A stretch of 64,000 bases of DNA from NCBI GenBank assembly GCA_004431415.1, contig QPMI01000436.1, positions 62,001-126,000 of the forward strand, read 5' to 3'. Shown here in pieces: positions 38,430-50,038 of this stretch; positions within the stretch are counted from its first letter, which is position 1, and each line of letters opens with the position of its first letter. Made by a program: the position numbers and the translations under genes. The notes below the pieces were generated by a model. That model saw only the letters and a program-made list of their open reading frames with translations. It was not told the origin of the DNA and did not search any database. This DNA is from Cyanophora paradoxa CCMP329. Its lineage: Eukaryota; Plantae; Glaucophyta.

Positions 38430-38790
38430 TGCCTAGTAACCGTTACGTATTACGTATACCGTATACGGCGTACCGTATACGGCGTATACGGTATACCGTA
38501 TACGTAGGTTAACGTAGGTTACGTATACGTACTACGGCCCCAGTCTACGGGCCAGTCTACGGCGCCCCCCGGCGTAGCTGTTCGGTAGCCTCACCGTGGC
38601 ACTACTACGTATACCTGCCGCACTAGTACTGGGTCAGGCAGACTCATCAGGCGATCACACTGGTTACTAGTCTGGTTACTACTAGGCTAGTTACTCTGGT
38701 AGAACTAGCCTAGTAGCCTAGTACTAGCTACAGCCTAGTACTAGTAGTAGCCTCTAGTAGGCTACTAGTAGCATCCGATCACCGAATCTT
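38430..38790. repeat. Low-complexity palindromic microsatellite tract
   Basis: Iterated CGTATACG / TACGTA / CTAGTAG units. Confidence 0.7.
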
Positions 38791-38867
38791 ACCGATGCCC
38801 GGCCACGCGTTCGCCGCAGCCACGGTGCCACGGTGGCCCGATATCGATATCGATACGCTACGAGATA

Positions 38868-40823
38868 CTACTAGAAAATACTGGGCCGGAAATTATAAAT
38901 TAGTGGATATCGATATCGATATCGATCGATACCGTAGAGCAGGAAAATACTGGGCCGGAAATTATAAATTAGTGGATCATAAAACATGGCCCTCCCTTAG
39001 GCGAAATACTGGAGCCCGAAATTAGTGGATCGTGAAATTTTCAGGCTTGTATCAAGTTGTATGGGGCTGTAGTTTTGGGGGGTACTGTATGAGGCGCCTT
39101 CCCATTAGGGAAATTGAGGGAATTAGTTGATCCCGAAATTAGTGGACTGAGTCAAGATTTCAGGCGAAGCCTCTTTCTCAAACCCAAAAACCGCCGACCG
39201 AAATTCCTTTTTTAACCTTTTTTTCCACTCAAGATCCCCCCTGCTAAATAATTTCCGTGTCACACTCCCTCGAGGCAGAATTATTAATTCTGCCTCGACA
39301 CAGACGCGATTGATGGACATTACACAGCTGCCCGAACCCCCACAGACCCCTCTACATCCATTTTTAGCGTCCTGGCTCCCCTAAGACGACCGCTCTCCCG
39401 TGGGCGTCGCGCGAAAATCGAATTTCCCTCTGGATCAATTCCGGTACTTAACCTCCGACACATGCAGTCCGAGTCAGAAGGTGGGACCCGGTCCCGCCCG
39501 GTCCCGCGACGAAATCGCGCCAGGGACGCCCCAGAACGATACAGAATGACGCGCGAGCGCGAGCGCATCGCGGCAGGCTCGATTTCGGGCACCCTCGACG
39601 CTCCAGTGCGAAGAGTCGGCCGAAAATTTGATCCGGCCGGTTCCGGCCGGTCCCGCGACGTGCGCAATCGATGCGTACGGGCGCGCATAGACATAGCAGG
39701 ACCTGCGCACTCCAGCGATCCGCTTTTCGGAGCCGGAACAGCGCAGGAAGGCTCCCGGTGGCAAAAATTCGATCCTGCACAGCCCCGGACATCTTTCCGC
39801 GCGCCCGCGCCGCGGCACATGCGCGGAAGAATAGCATAAGCATTTGAGATGTAGAAGAAGCCTTCCGCACGCTTTGCGTATGCGCCGGGCCGCGAGGACC
39901 CAGCCGACCCCGAAAATTCGATCCTCTACAGACCTGAAGACCTTTTCTTGCGCGCTCGCATCCTCGCGCATGCGCATCGCTACAATATTCATTTCACATT
40001 TTTTTGAAGCCTTCCACAAGCTTTGAAGACGCGGAAGAGCACGACAACCCAGCCGACGGTAAAAAATCGATTCTGAACAGACCCGGACATCTTTCCGTGC
40101 GCCAACGCCGCGGCGCATGCGCGGAACAATATGATAAGCATTTCAGATGTAGACAAAGCCTTCCGCACGCATTGCAGATGTGCCGGGCCGCGAGCCGACG
40201 CCGAAAATTCGATCCTGGACGGACCTGCACAGCTTTCCGCGCGCCCTCGCATCCTCGCGCGTGCGCATCGCTACAATAGTAATTTGAGATCTTTGTTAAG
40301 CTTTTCGCGAGCTCCGAGGACGCGACAGGGCGCGAGAATCCAGCCGACCCCGAAAATTCGATCCTGCATGGACCTGCACGTCTTTCCGCGCGCCCTCGCC
40401 TCCGCAGCCCCGCACATCAATGCTATATGCATTCGATCGCGAGATTCTGTTTAAGCGATTCGCAAGCTCTGTGCATGCGCCTGGCCGCGACAACCTCGCC
40501 CCTCCCGGGCCTCCTTCCCAACAATATTATAATTAATCTCTTCTCAATCTGCTCCACCCTAGCCTTTATTTCCTCAGTAAATTAATATTCCTCTAGCCGG
40601 CCAGCGCTAGCTGGACTGGCCGTCAGCCAGCCAGCTTCCAGCCAGCTGCAGAAAGCTGTTCGCGATCGGCCAGGCCGCTGGCCAGTCGCTGAGTGCCCTA
40701 TACATAGGCCTACTATGACAGCCGCGAGGGCGTCCGCGAGGCTTCGCCGTACTTAGTGCTCCGCAGGAGCACGGATCTTGTCGGTCCACTAATTTCGGGC
40801 TCCACAAATAGTAATTTTCAGTG
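38868..40823. mobile_element. Degenerate non-autonomous DNA element with inverted subterminal motifs and internal satellite
   Basis: GGAGCCCGAAATTAGTGGA at ~39012 (variants at 38875-38975 and ~39132) is inverted at 40785-40803; right end reads CACTGAAAATTACT on the minus strand; no clean TSD. Confidence 0.5.
39620..40420. repeat. Tandem satellite of ~141-149 bp monomers (about 5.5 units)
   Basis: AAAATTCGATCC-like anchors at ~39627, 39768, 39917, 40066, 40208, 40357. Confidence 0.85.
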
Positions 40824-41225
40824 GCGCCGGGCCGCCGGCATATTCGCCGGCGGCATTAATATTGTCGGTTGATTGCAATTTATTAATATTGCAAAAGTAC
40901 TATCATAGTCGATTCATAGAGTCATAATCCTCACAGGACCTCACTAGTTCTGATTAATATTCCTCAGTGATTGCACTCCGGGACCGATCGCGAGTCCGGG
41001 ACCCCGGGGCCCGGGTTAGTGTTTAAGTTGCGCGCACACGGCAGCACACCTCATGATCAGTCAATGGAGTCAATAGTAATCAAGTCACTCCGGGAAAGAG
41101 GTAGTGTTTTATTTGGTTTTTTGCCCGGGCCGGGAAGGAGCTAGCATGCAGTGCCTACTACCACGGACCGGGAAATTTCGGCGGGAATTCAGGGCCTGTA
41201 CAGGGCCTATATATATATATAGCTA

Positions 41226-41740
41226 CAGGCTCATCGAACCGAATAGTATCGAACCCATTCGATCGAACCCGGCGAGTTTCGAACCAATCGAACCCGGTCA
41301 CCCGATCGAATCATTCGAATGTGGGGGGTACGCCCACGAGAGGCCTGTCTTTGCAGCGAAAGAAGCCATCAAGAGTCTTCTTGGACGTGACAAAATCGCA
41401 TATTAGGCAAACAGTATCATTGCTGAACCAATTCTACTCAGTGTGACTGCATTTTCGCGCTGCGGTTTGCAGACGACACAGGTTACAAGTACCCCCCTGG
41501 AAGTATGTCGGTCACTTACGAGACGTATACAGCGCTTAAGAACGTGTCTTTTGCTATCTTTGATGTTTTATGCTTCGTTATCTCTTGCTTATGCTGTTTT
41601 GTATCGCGTTTACGCTCTGTTTCGGCCACCAAGGGTGCCTGACGTACCCCCCTACCGGGTATCGAAACCATTCGATCGAATACGCAGACCGATCGAACCG
41701 AATCGAACGAACCCGACCCTACATTCGATACTCACCCCTA
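41226..41740. mobile_element. MITE-like remnant (hAT-like) with TCGAAC subterminal repeats
   Basis: TCGAAC(C)-rich blocks at both ends, internal inverted GGGGGGTACG / CGTACCCCCC, right end ..CCCCTA; TIR/TSD not clean. Confidence 0.4.
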
Positions 41741-42563
41741 CACACATGTACAGCTCGTTTGTTTTCAAAAATTTAAAAGCTTTAATTTTTAAGTTTACCG
41801 GTCCGGTCGACCGGTAGCCTGCGCGGCGGTAGGTACCGTAGTACCGTGCGGACACGCTGGCACGGTGCGGTACGTATACGTAAACTGCGGTACCCGACTA
41901 GAGCTGTGCTCGCTGGGGGGGGCCGGGCCCAGCGGCCGCTGAAGCCCGGCGAGCGGCGCCCGTCGCTGGCCCGTCGCTGAGGTGGGGGTACCGCCAAAAC
42001 CTGTCGAAAAACTGCTGAAACCCAACCGAAAACCTATCTGTTCCGTTTAGTTTATTTCGTACAAGCTTTTAAGATGCGCGCGTACGCAAATGCAGATTTA
42101 ATGCTTAGTTCCGCGAGCCATCTGTCAATTTCTGCGAGATAGAGGCCAGCTGCAGGCTGCTTTTGGGCGAAGCGGAGCGCCTGGATGCTCGAAAACAGTC
42201 GAAATTTAGCAAGATTGATCGGCTACGCCGACCTACGTCGACCTTCAGATGAGAAAAAAGCGGGATGGAGCTTTTTTTGGCGCCTGTCAGCCATAAAAAA
42301 CGCTGAGCGAGGAGGTGTCGCTGGCGGAAAACGCCAAGCGTAGCGGCCGCTGGAACCTCGCGAGCGAAGCGACCACCGGCGACCACAGCCCTATACCCGA
42401 CACCGTGCGACACGGCGGCGCCGGCGGTTTTCAAGTTTTGACCAAATTCGAATTCCCCTCGGGTACCGGTGGCAGACTGGCAGTCACTGGCGGCATGCGC
42501 AGACGGGTGCTCGGAAACACATACCGTGTAACACTAAATCAACAGCCCGTTAATTAACAGGTT

Positions 42564-42647
42564 ATAAAATCTGGCCCTAGCTCCCTTCGGCGAAATAACA
42601 GATCGTGCAAATTTAGGCTTGTATGAGGCCGTAATTGTGGGGGGTAG
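42564..42647. repeat. Diverged direct copy of 38979-39085 (TE terminal sequence)
   Basis: ATAAAA..TGGCCCT..TCCCTT.GGCGAAATA..GATCGTG..AGGCTTGTAT..GGGGGGTA shared. Confidence 0.6.
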
Positions 42648-42779
42648 ATATAGCATGAGACGACTGAGAGCAGTGAATTATAATTAGCAGAGCTCCAAAT
42701 TAACAGACTATAGCTGTGTCAATATTTCGGTCTGTTAATTTGGGACTCTGTTATATTATCTGTTATACGAGCCTCGAGG

Positions 42780-42821
<42 letters not shown>

Positions 42822-42898
42822 CGTTCGCAACGCGCATGCGTACTCCGGTACTACGTACCGTAGTACGTATTATATTCGAATTCGACCGCGGTCATCAG

Positions 42899-43891
42899 AT
42901 TCTCTCCTCAGGGCCTCAGGATCTCGTATACGTAACTTTTTGGAAAGCGTCGTACATCGATATCGATGGGCATCTCGACGTCCACTTGCTAGTGCGTGAA
43001 AACGCTAGCATGCATATACGCGCAACAGGTGCTATCATCATTGACTCCACGCGCGCGGGCGTGCTCGCGCAGTGATCGGGGCTACTGTGATGGGAGAGTT
43101 CTTGCAACCTGGGACAATACGAAGGCCGACAAGGCCAAGGAGATAGAGTGCGCACCGCCTCCACCGGTACCCTGATCGAGCTCGAGTCTATTACGATCAA
43201 GATCAGCGCTGCAAGCGCTGCTAGGCCTACGTATACGTATACCAGGCTATTATAGTATGCCGCGCCGTGCTGATTTGAAGACGGGGTCACCGGTACCGGG
43301 TCAGATGCAAGGGCATGGGAGGCGATTCGATCGGAATATCAACCGTATATAAAGACGTTTCCGGGCCCCCCGACGTCCAATGCATATATGTGGTGCGCAG
43401 GCCTGGGCGAGCAGGAAGCGCTTAGGCAGTATATGTATCGATTGATATTTACGCTGCCGTCCGTCTCGTATACACGTACGTATACGCTGGAACACTGAAC
43501 GTTACCGTTGACTGTGCCTTTTTGAAACGCGTACGTATGCGTTTGTTTGCAATGGAACCTTTCGTGATCATGGAACTTTCCACGTTTGATCTATAGCTAA
43601 CCCCCGTCTCGCGGTACCGGTGCGCGCAGGAAGCTTGATCTGAAATGCCGCCTGGATCAAGACGCGCAAGGTCTGTGCACTGGCCATCACTCATTCGAAT
43701 ATATCATAGTGCAATGGCATGGCGTGCACTCAAGCTTGTGCACAGTAATCGATAGAGAGCTCGAGGAGGAATTGGAATCGCAGCTCGATGCATATGGCGA
43801 GGCCGACGAGCTGGAGGAAGACTTGGCCATCAACGCCGAACTCTGCAGCTTGGATGCCGAAATGGTCTGCGCGTGCAGCGCGGAAGCTTAG
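42899..43891 (+). pseudogene. 5'-truncated multi-exon gene ending in an acidic tail
   Basis: Short exons ILSSGPQDLVYVTFWKASYIDIDGHLDVHLL, DRGYCDGRVLATWDNTKADKAKEIE, KLDLKCRLDQDAQ, IDRELEEELESQLDAYGEADELEEDLAINAELCSLDAEMVCACSAEA*; no start exon between it and the TE block. Confidence 0.5.
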
Positions 43892-44274
43892 GCTTGGCGC
43901 ATGTCTCCTCGATCACGAGTTGCGAGTGCGCGCGCGTGCGCCGAAATATCAGACGTTAACGTTGCAATATTAATATACGAGTTTATTGATGAGATCTAGA
44001 CCCGCCACAGCAGGCGGCGGACCGGAAAAGGTGACGGGGCGCCCGCAGGCCTAGGACATCGCCAAGGCCGTCCGATTACCATACCATGTTTCGACTCCTC
44101 GGCCTAGACTAGTAAACATGTATTTTCGCGATTAATACGAAAACAGAAACTGAATATATATGATCATGAAACTGAAGGCAGCCGTGCGGTCTAAATCTGC
44201 ACTGCAGCCGTAGGAGGGACGAGCTCGAAGGGGACGAGCTCAAAGGGGTGAGCGGGGCCGGGCGCGGGGGTGGC

Positions 44275-44730
44275 CTAGGCCGCGGGGGACCCGCCCCCGC
44301 GCCCGAAGCGGCGGAGGACGGGGAGGAGGGCGGCGCGCGTGATGGGCTTCACGACGTGCTCGTCAAGCCCGGCGGCGAGGGACGCATCCCGGTCCGAAGG
44401 CGACCCGAACGCCGTGCACGCCACTGGCGGGACCGTCGGACGGGTGGCGTGATCATGAGCCTTGAAAGAAAGGAGCTCGAGGGCGGGAGGATTACGCACC
44501 GAAGGGGATGCGGAGCATCCCGAGCTCGTCCTCCATCTGCCGAAGGCGCTGCGCCATCGATATCGCCAGGCCGTCGCACCGCGGCTGGCGGGGAGGCCGG
44601 GGCACGGGCCCAGGAATGAGGGGTGGGGGGTGGCCATGGGGGTTGGAGACCGCGGGGGGTACGGGGCACCATGGCGATGTCGGAGATATCGATCTAGACT
44701 CTGAGAGGACGAGCTCGAGATCGAAGGCCT
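44275..44730 (-). pseudogene. Response-regulator receiver (REC) domain fragment, hybrid histidine kinase type
   Basis: AFDL(EL)VL..SDIAM | PRCDG..AQRLRQME..RIP | VACTAFGSPSDRDASLAAGLDEHVVKPITRAALLPVLRRF; frame-breaking insertion; no upstream domains. Confidence 0.7.
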
Positions 44731-45058
44731 AGGGGGCACGGGCGCCGGGCCGGGCCGGGGGTACCGGGTCCGGGGCGCAGCAACTCCAGAGCCTATATAG
44801 CTATATAGCTAGCTATAGGCCTTCGAAAAATTCTCGCCGTCTTTCGACTCCGCCGTCGCGATTTTAGCCACTTCGACCTCCGGATCCCCCCGCCCTCTGC
44901 TCGCGATCGTCTTGGGCTTAGGGTTTGCGAGGTCCTGTATTAATATTGTCCTGTGTTGCCTTTCCGCCCTGTGAGCTCGAGCCAGGTCGCAGCCAACGGC
45001 CCGCCGTGCCTCCGCCCCGCCGGCGCCCGCTCTAGCTCATGATCAGCGCTAGCGGCTC

Positions 45059-45643
45059 CACTGCGGTACGGCGTTGTATCATAGTATGGGCCCATAGTCG
45101 TGGAAGCAACTCCACGATCGCGACAGCTAGCTCTACGATCGCCATAGCCATGCATTGCATGCGCATGCTGCGCATGCTATGACGCTCGATTGCAAGCTTG
45201 TAGAGTTTTCCATAGCCATTGTTTACAGCTTGCGGATTCTCTACAGGACTTGAGTCAACAGAGGGGGATACGCCTAAAATCAAAAAAAGTTCAAACCTTT
45301 TTTTCGCCAAACGGTCAGCAAAAACTTCGGCTGGTAGGATTTCTTGAACCGCGGTAGACTTTCGGCCGCCGCCGCGCCCAGCCAATCACAGGACACTGCA
45401 ACGTTCTTCAACATTCATCGGCCGGTTCGAGCTTTGATCGGGCGTTTTCGAGCTCGTTTTGCCACGTTTGCCAAAACCTAAGTCAAAGGGGGGGTACGCG
45501 GCAAAGTCAAGTCCAAAACCTTATCGGAAAAAAACGGCGAGTGTGTAACTTTGACTTACCATTTAGCCATTGTTAAACCTCCGTTGGAGCTTTCGTCGAT
45601 CAAGCACTATGGGCCCATACAAACGCGTATACGTACCGCAGTG
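45059..45643. mobile_element. Non-autonomous CACTA-superfamily element (CACTG termini), 585 bp, 3-bp TSD CTC
   Basis: TIRs CACTGCGGTACG..GTATGGGCCCATAGT at both ends (inverted); CTC at 45056-45058 and 45644-45646. Confidence 0.9.
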
Positions 45644-45981
45644 CTCGCCGCGCAGCCGGCGCCTGGCAGTGTTCAACGGTTAGCGCGCGGCTCATGATCA
45701 AGCGCTAGCTGAATTACGGTCGAGCTCGCCAGGCTCGATATATATATATCGATCGAGCCTGTCGACGTCGCCGCGGCCCCGGGCCGGTGAGGCGGGTGAG
45801 CCTCGCGGAGCCGCGATCGACTCGGCTCGGCGCCGGCTCGGCACCCTGCAGCTGCATGCATGCGCCGCGAATTTCGATTCGCTGAGAACGCGTACCCCCC
45901 TGAGAACGTCTGGGCCCCGTCTGGCGTCGTCTGCCATCGTCTGGGTCGCCCATCCGATCCGCGCGCGTCGACGTCCGGCCG

Positions 45982-46903
45982 ATGTCCGAGGAGCAGCCGG
46001 CGCCCAAACGGCCCGGAAGGTATGCACGGCTAAGCAGCGCCCCGCAGTCAGGGCCGCAGAGCGCTCTAATCGATTCATGCGCAGCCTCGGGCGCATTAAC
46101 CTCTTCGGGCGGCATGCGCAATTCGAGCTCGGGTGAGCGCTGGCGCGCGACCAGCTTCGCATCCTCATGCGCGCCCTGGCTCGGATCGCCGCCTGACTGT
46201 CTCTCAGCGTGGGCGCGGGTCTCGGCATCGGCGGCGGCATCGATGGCCCCGGGGGCACTGGCCTGAAATGTGCGTTGTAGACAGCGTGCTTGCTTAGTGA
46301 AGGCGTTCGCTCGCTGACACCCGACCGCTCCGATCCGTAGGCGGCCATGGATCCGTTCCAAAGATGCGTCGGCTTCGGCTGCGGCGTCCGGCTCGGCGTG
46401 TGAGCATGCATGCATTGCGGGCGTCTCCTCCTTTTCCCGCGCCTCACCGCCCGCCTCGCGCTGCGCGCAGGGTCCTCGGCATTGATCTGGGCGTGGGCGT
46501 CGGCATCCCGCTCTCCTCGTGGTCGCCCGAGCAGGACCCCGACTGGCGGGCCCGGCCCCGGGCGGCGCCGCCGCGGACTCCGTCGGCGGCGTGCGCCCTG
46601 CGCGCTCCCGATGGGCCCGCCGCGCCTCCGCTCACGGCGCGGCCGCAGAAGCTGACGGGCGGCGAGCGGATCTTCACAGCAGGCGACGCGAGCTACAGGA
46701 TCGTGCGCGAGACGCAGCCGCAGCCGCAGCCGCAGCCGCACGCGCAGCCGTCGACGCGGTTCACGGCGGGCGCCGGGGACGGGCGGGACCCGCTCGCCTC
46801 CGTCCCCTCCGTCGTCGCCGCCGTCGCGAGGGCGGCGGCCGCGGGGGCGGCGAAGGTCGACGCGGACGGGCCGGTGGGCTCCGGCTCTGCGAGCCTCCAG
46901 TGA
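45982..46903 (+). CDS. Small glycine-rich (Gly-zipper, TGD5-like) protein, multi-exon
   Basis: MSEEQPAPKRPG|SLGRINLFGRHAQFELG|VGAGLGIGGGIDGPGGTGLK..CVGFGCGVRLGV|VLGIDLGVGVGIPL; one junction unresolved. Confidence 0.5.
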
Positions 46904-47119
46904 CGTCGACTCCCGTCCCCCACCCCCTGCTCCTCCGCTCTCTGATCCGCCAACCCGCCCTTCCTCCCTTCGACCCGATCCGATTCGAATCCGTGCCCCC
47001 GCTGTAAATGTTGTCCTGGCTTGCATGCACGCTCCAGTGTCGATTCGCCTGTAGTTCGAATGATAATAGGCTCTAATCGAATGCTGCTCTAGCTATATAG
47101 CTATTTATACATGCTATAG

Positions 47120-48110
47120 CTAGGAGACGAGCTGGGCGGTGCGGAGGGAGCGCGAGGCGAGGAGCGCGAAGAGTAGGCCCAAGCGGCGCACGTCGGCCTC
47201 CACGGCCGCCGTCAGGCCCTCCAGGCCCGTCGAATTCGAATTCGAATTTGAATTCGAATTTGATCCCGGGCCCTCGCGATCGCGCATCGCGGCGGCGACG
47301 AGGAGATCGCCCGCCCGCCACGCGACGAGCCGCGTGCTCCCGGGGCCCGCGCCCGCCGCCGCCGAGGGCCGCGGGCTGGGCGCCACCGCCGCGCCGCCGC
47401 CGCCGGAGGGCGGGAGCCGCCGCCGCCGCCGGCGAGGCGGGGCCAGCGGAGAGCGAGCGGGGCATCGGGCGGCCCGAAGGAAGCCGAAGAGGCCGCGGGG
47501 CTAGAGGCCCGGCCCGTCCGGCGGCCGCTGCTGCGAGGGCGGCCGCGGGGCAGGCCGGCGGGGGCGGGGGCGGGGCAGGGGCGGCTCGCCGCGGGACCCA
47601 CTGGCGAGGCGCCCCGCACGGTCAAGGAGCCGTCGCCGTGGGGCGCCGGAGGCGGCTGGGGCGCCTCGGAGGCCCCGGGGATGCTGGGGAACCGCGACCG
47701 CCCGCGCTCCGCCGTCGGGGGCGCGCGGCCGGCGCCCCCGCCTCAGGCTGCGGGACGGGCGCGGGAGCGGGTCCCGGCCCGGGGCCCGGGGAGGGCGGCC
47801 CGCCCCCGTACGCGTCGGCCCGCGAGCCAGCCACGCCGGGCGCGAGGGCGCCCCTGCGCGCAGAATCAGAGCCGAAAGAGCCGAAAGAACCACGGAGAAG
47901 CAGCGTACCGGTAGACCACGGAGAAGCAGCGCAGGCGCTGCGGCGGCCGCGGGCCCCACCCGTCGACGTCCCCTCCTCCGGAACCGGCCTCGACCGGGCC
48001 GTAGGAGGGGGCGGAGGAGAGGCGCCCGGCGGCGTGCACGAGCGTAACCAGTGCCTCCAGGCCGCGCTCGTCGGGGGCGGGCAGCGGGCCGGCCTCGGGG
48101 ACGTAGATCT
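47120..48110 (-). CDS. Hypothetical protein or 5'-truncated fragment
   Basis: IYVPEAGPLPAPDERGLEALVTLVHAAGRL.. and STRLVAWRAGDLLVAAAM..LEGLTAAVEADVRRLG; no clear start. Confidence 0.35.
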
Positions 48111-48309
48111 AGAGGAACTGGAGGGGTCCCAGCATCGCGAGGCACAGCGGTGCACGTGTACGCCGTGTTTACTTCGTTATCAGCCAGGCCTCTTCTGCTT
48201 GAGCTTCTGAAACACTGTGAAATCTGAAGCTACGTACGCCGCGCGAGAGCAATGTGCACTACGTACATCGGCAATGCGAGAGCGCCGCGCCGGGGCGCCG
48301 CCGCCGCCG

Positions 48310-50006
48310 CTACTCGCATGCGGCCGGCCCCGCCTCCGCCTCCGCCGCCCCCGCCCCCGCATCCGCCCCCGCATCCGCCTCCTCCGCCCCGTCCGCCGCC
48401 GCCTCCGCCGCCGCATTCGCCGCCGCATTCGCGCCGGCCTCCAGCGCGGGGGCCTCCGACCCCCCTCCGCCCCGCCACCGCCCTCGAGCTCTTGCCCGTG
48501 CGCCCCCCGCTGCTTCTCGTGCCGCTCGCACAGCGCCGGCGCCCCTGCGCGCCCTCCGTCAGCCGGGGTACGCTAATACGCGGGAAGGGGGTACGCTGTA
48601 ACGGCCCTCGGCGCGGACGAGCTCGACGACGAGCTCGCAGTGGGCCGTGTGGGGGAACAGGTCGACGCCGCACGCCTGTACCCCCGGGCAGATTCAGTCG
48701 GTGGGGGGTACAGGGTCGGCCGGGGGTACGCTGCGGCGCGCACGCGGGAGGGCTTGAAGGGGGTACCGGGGAAGCCCCGAGAGGGCGGTCGGCAGAAGCT
48801 GCGCGAACGAAGGCTGGCCTCAGGGATCCGATTCCGAGGCGCGGGGGGGGGGGGGGGGGGGGGGGGCAAGGCAGGGGTTTACGCGCTTGACGGAGTTGTT
48901 GACGAAGGAGGAGGGGCTACAGGAGACGTAGAGGACGCGCTCGACCTGGGGCGGGGGTACGCGTGATGCGGTTTCACGGCACATAAGCGCTGAAGGGCAA
49001 GATATCCTAAGGCATCTTTTATTAAGGCATCTAAAGCCATCTTGAGGCATCGCTAGTTAGGACGGCATCCTACGACTGCTTTCCCTTGGGAATCGCCGGC
49101 TCGGGGAGGGGACGGACCTTGGGGCAGCCGCGGAGGGCCCGGATGACGTCGTTGTGGAGCCCGCTCCGCGGCGGGTCCCTGCCCGGAGGTGAGGAGGTGG
49201 GTATGGGAGAGGCGGGGGCGGGGCGAGGCAGGGCCGGCTAGTTCTAATTTTAGTTCGAACAGGGGGGGGGGGCAGGAGGCGGGGGCGTACACGATGGCGA
49301 CGACGGGGCCGGGGGGCAGCCCCGCCACGACGCCGGGGAGGACCTGCTCGAGGGGAGCTCAAGAGGGGCTTGAGGGGAAGGAAGGAATGAGGAAGGAGGA
49401 AGGAGGGGAGACGGACCTTCTCGGCCCGTCCCGCCATGAACGAGCAGTTGTGGATGCCTGCGAAGGAAGGGTCAAGAGGATGGGGGGGGGGGAGAGGATG
49501 GGAGGGGGGTACCGTTGAGAGCAGCGTTGCTGCGGGCGTCCTCGATCGCCTCCTCCACGATGTCCACCCCGATGACGCGCTCCTGCGCTATTTTTAGATT
49601 GGGGGTACGTGGGTGGGGTGGCTCCGGGGGGATACCTCCGAGCGGGACATGACGAGGCCGATGGTGCCCGTCCCGCAGCACACGTCTGCTTCAGGCATCA
49701 AAAAGAGCGGGGGTGGGAGGGGGGGGGAAGCGGGGGGGTACGGGCCCAGGAGGGTGGTGCCCGGCCCCAGGTCGGCCCACTCGCGGAGCTTTCCGTACAG
49801 AACCTCCGCGCACTTCGTGTTCACCTGAGCGGCGAGCTCAGATCGATCCGGTTCACCTGAGGAGGGGAGAGAAAGCAGGGGTACCTGCAGCTGGAAGACG
49901 GCGGAGGGGGATATCCGGAACCTGTTTGGGGAGGGGGCGATGAGTGCGGGGGCGGGAAAGAGGCGGCGGGGGGTACGGGGGCGCGCTTGAGGTCGAACAG
50001 CTGGTC
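48310..50006 (-). pseudogene. Duplicated 3' half of TRMT2A (starts mid-exon at DQLFDLK)
   Basis: FRISPSAVFQ, VNTKCAEVLY, DVCCGTGTIG, DPPRSGLH, LYVSCSP, VDLFPHTAHCELVV; colinear with 52653-54295 including introns. Confidence 0.85.
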
Positions 50007-50038
50007 AGCCTTGAGGCGACATGTCCGGCTACCTGTTC

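Noticed and set aside
39320-40493. ORFs with repeated peptides
   Set aside because: Translations of the 149-bp satellite; the period is not a multiple of three and stops are frequent.
38400-42800. Autonomous transposase, reverse transcriptase or TET/JBP gene
   Set aside because: No recognisable catalytic motifs in any frame; only non-coding TE-like termini.
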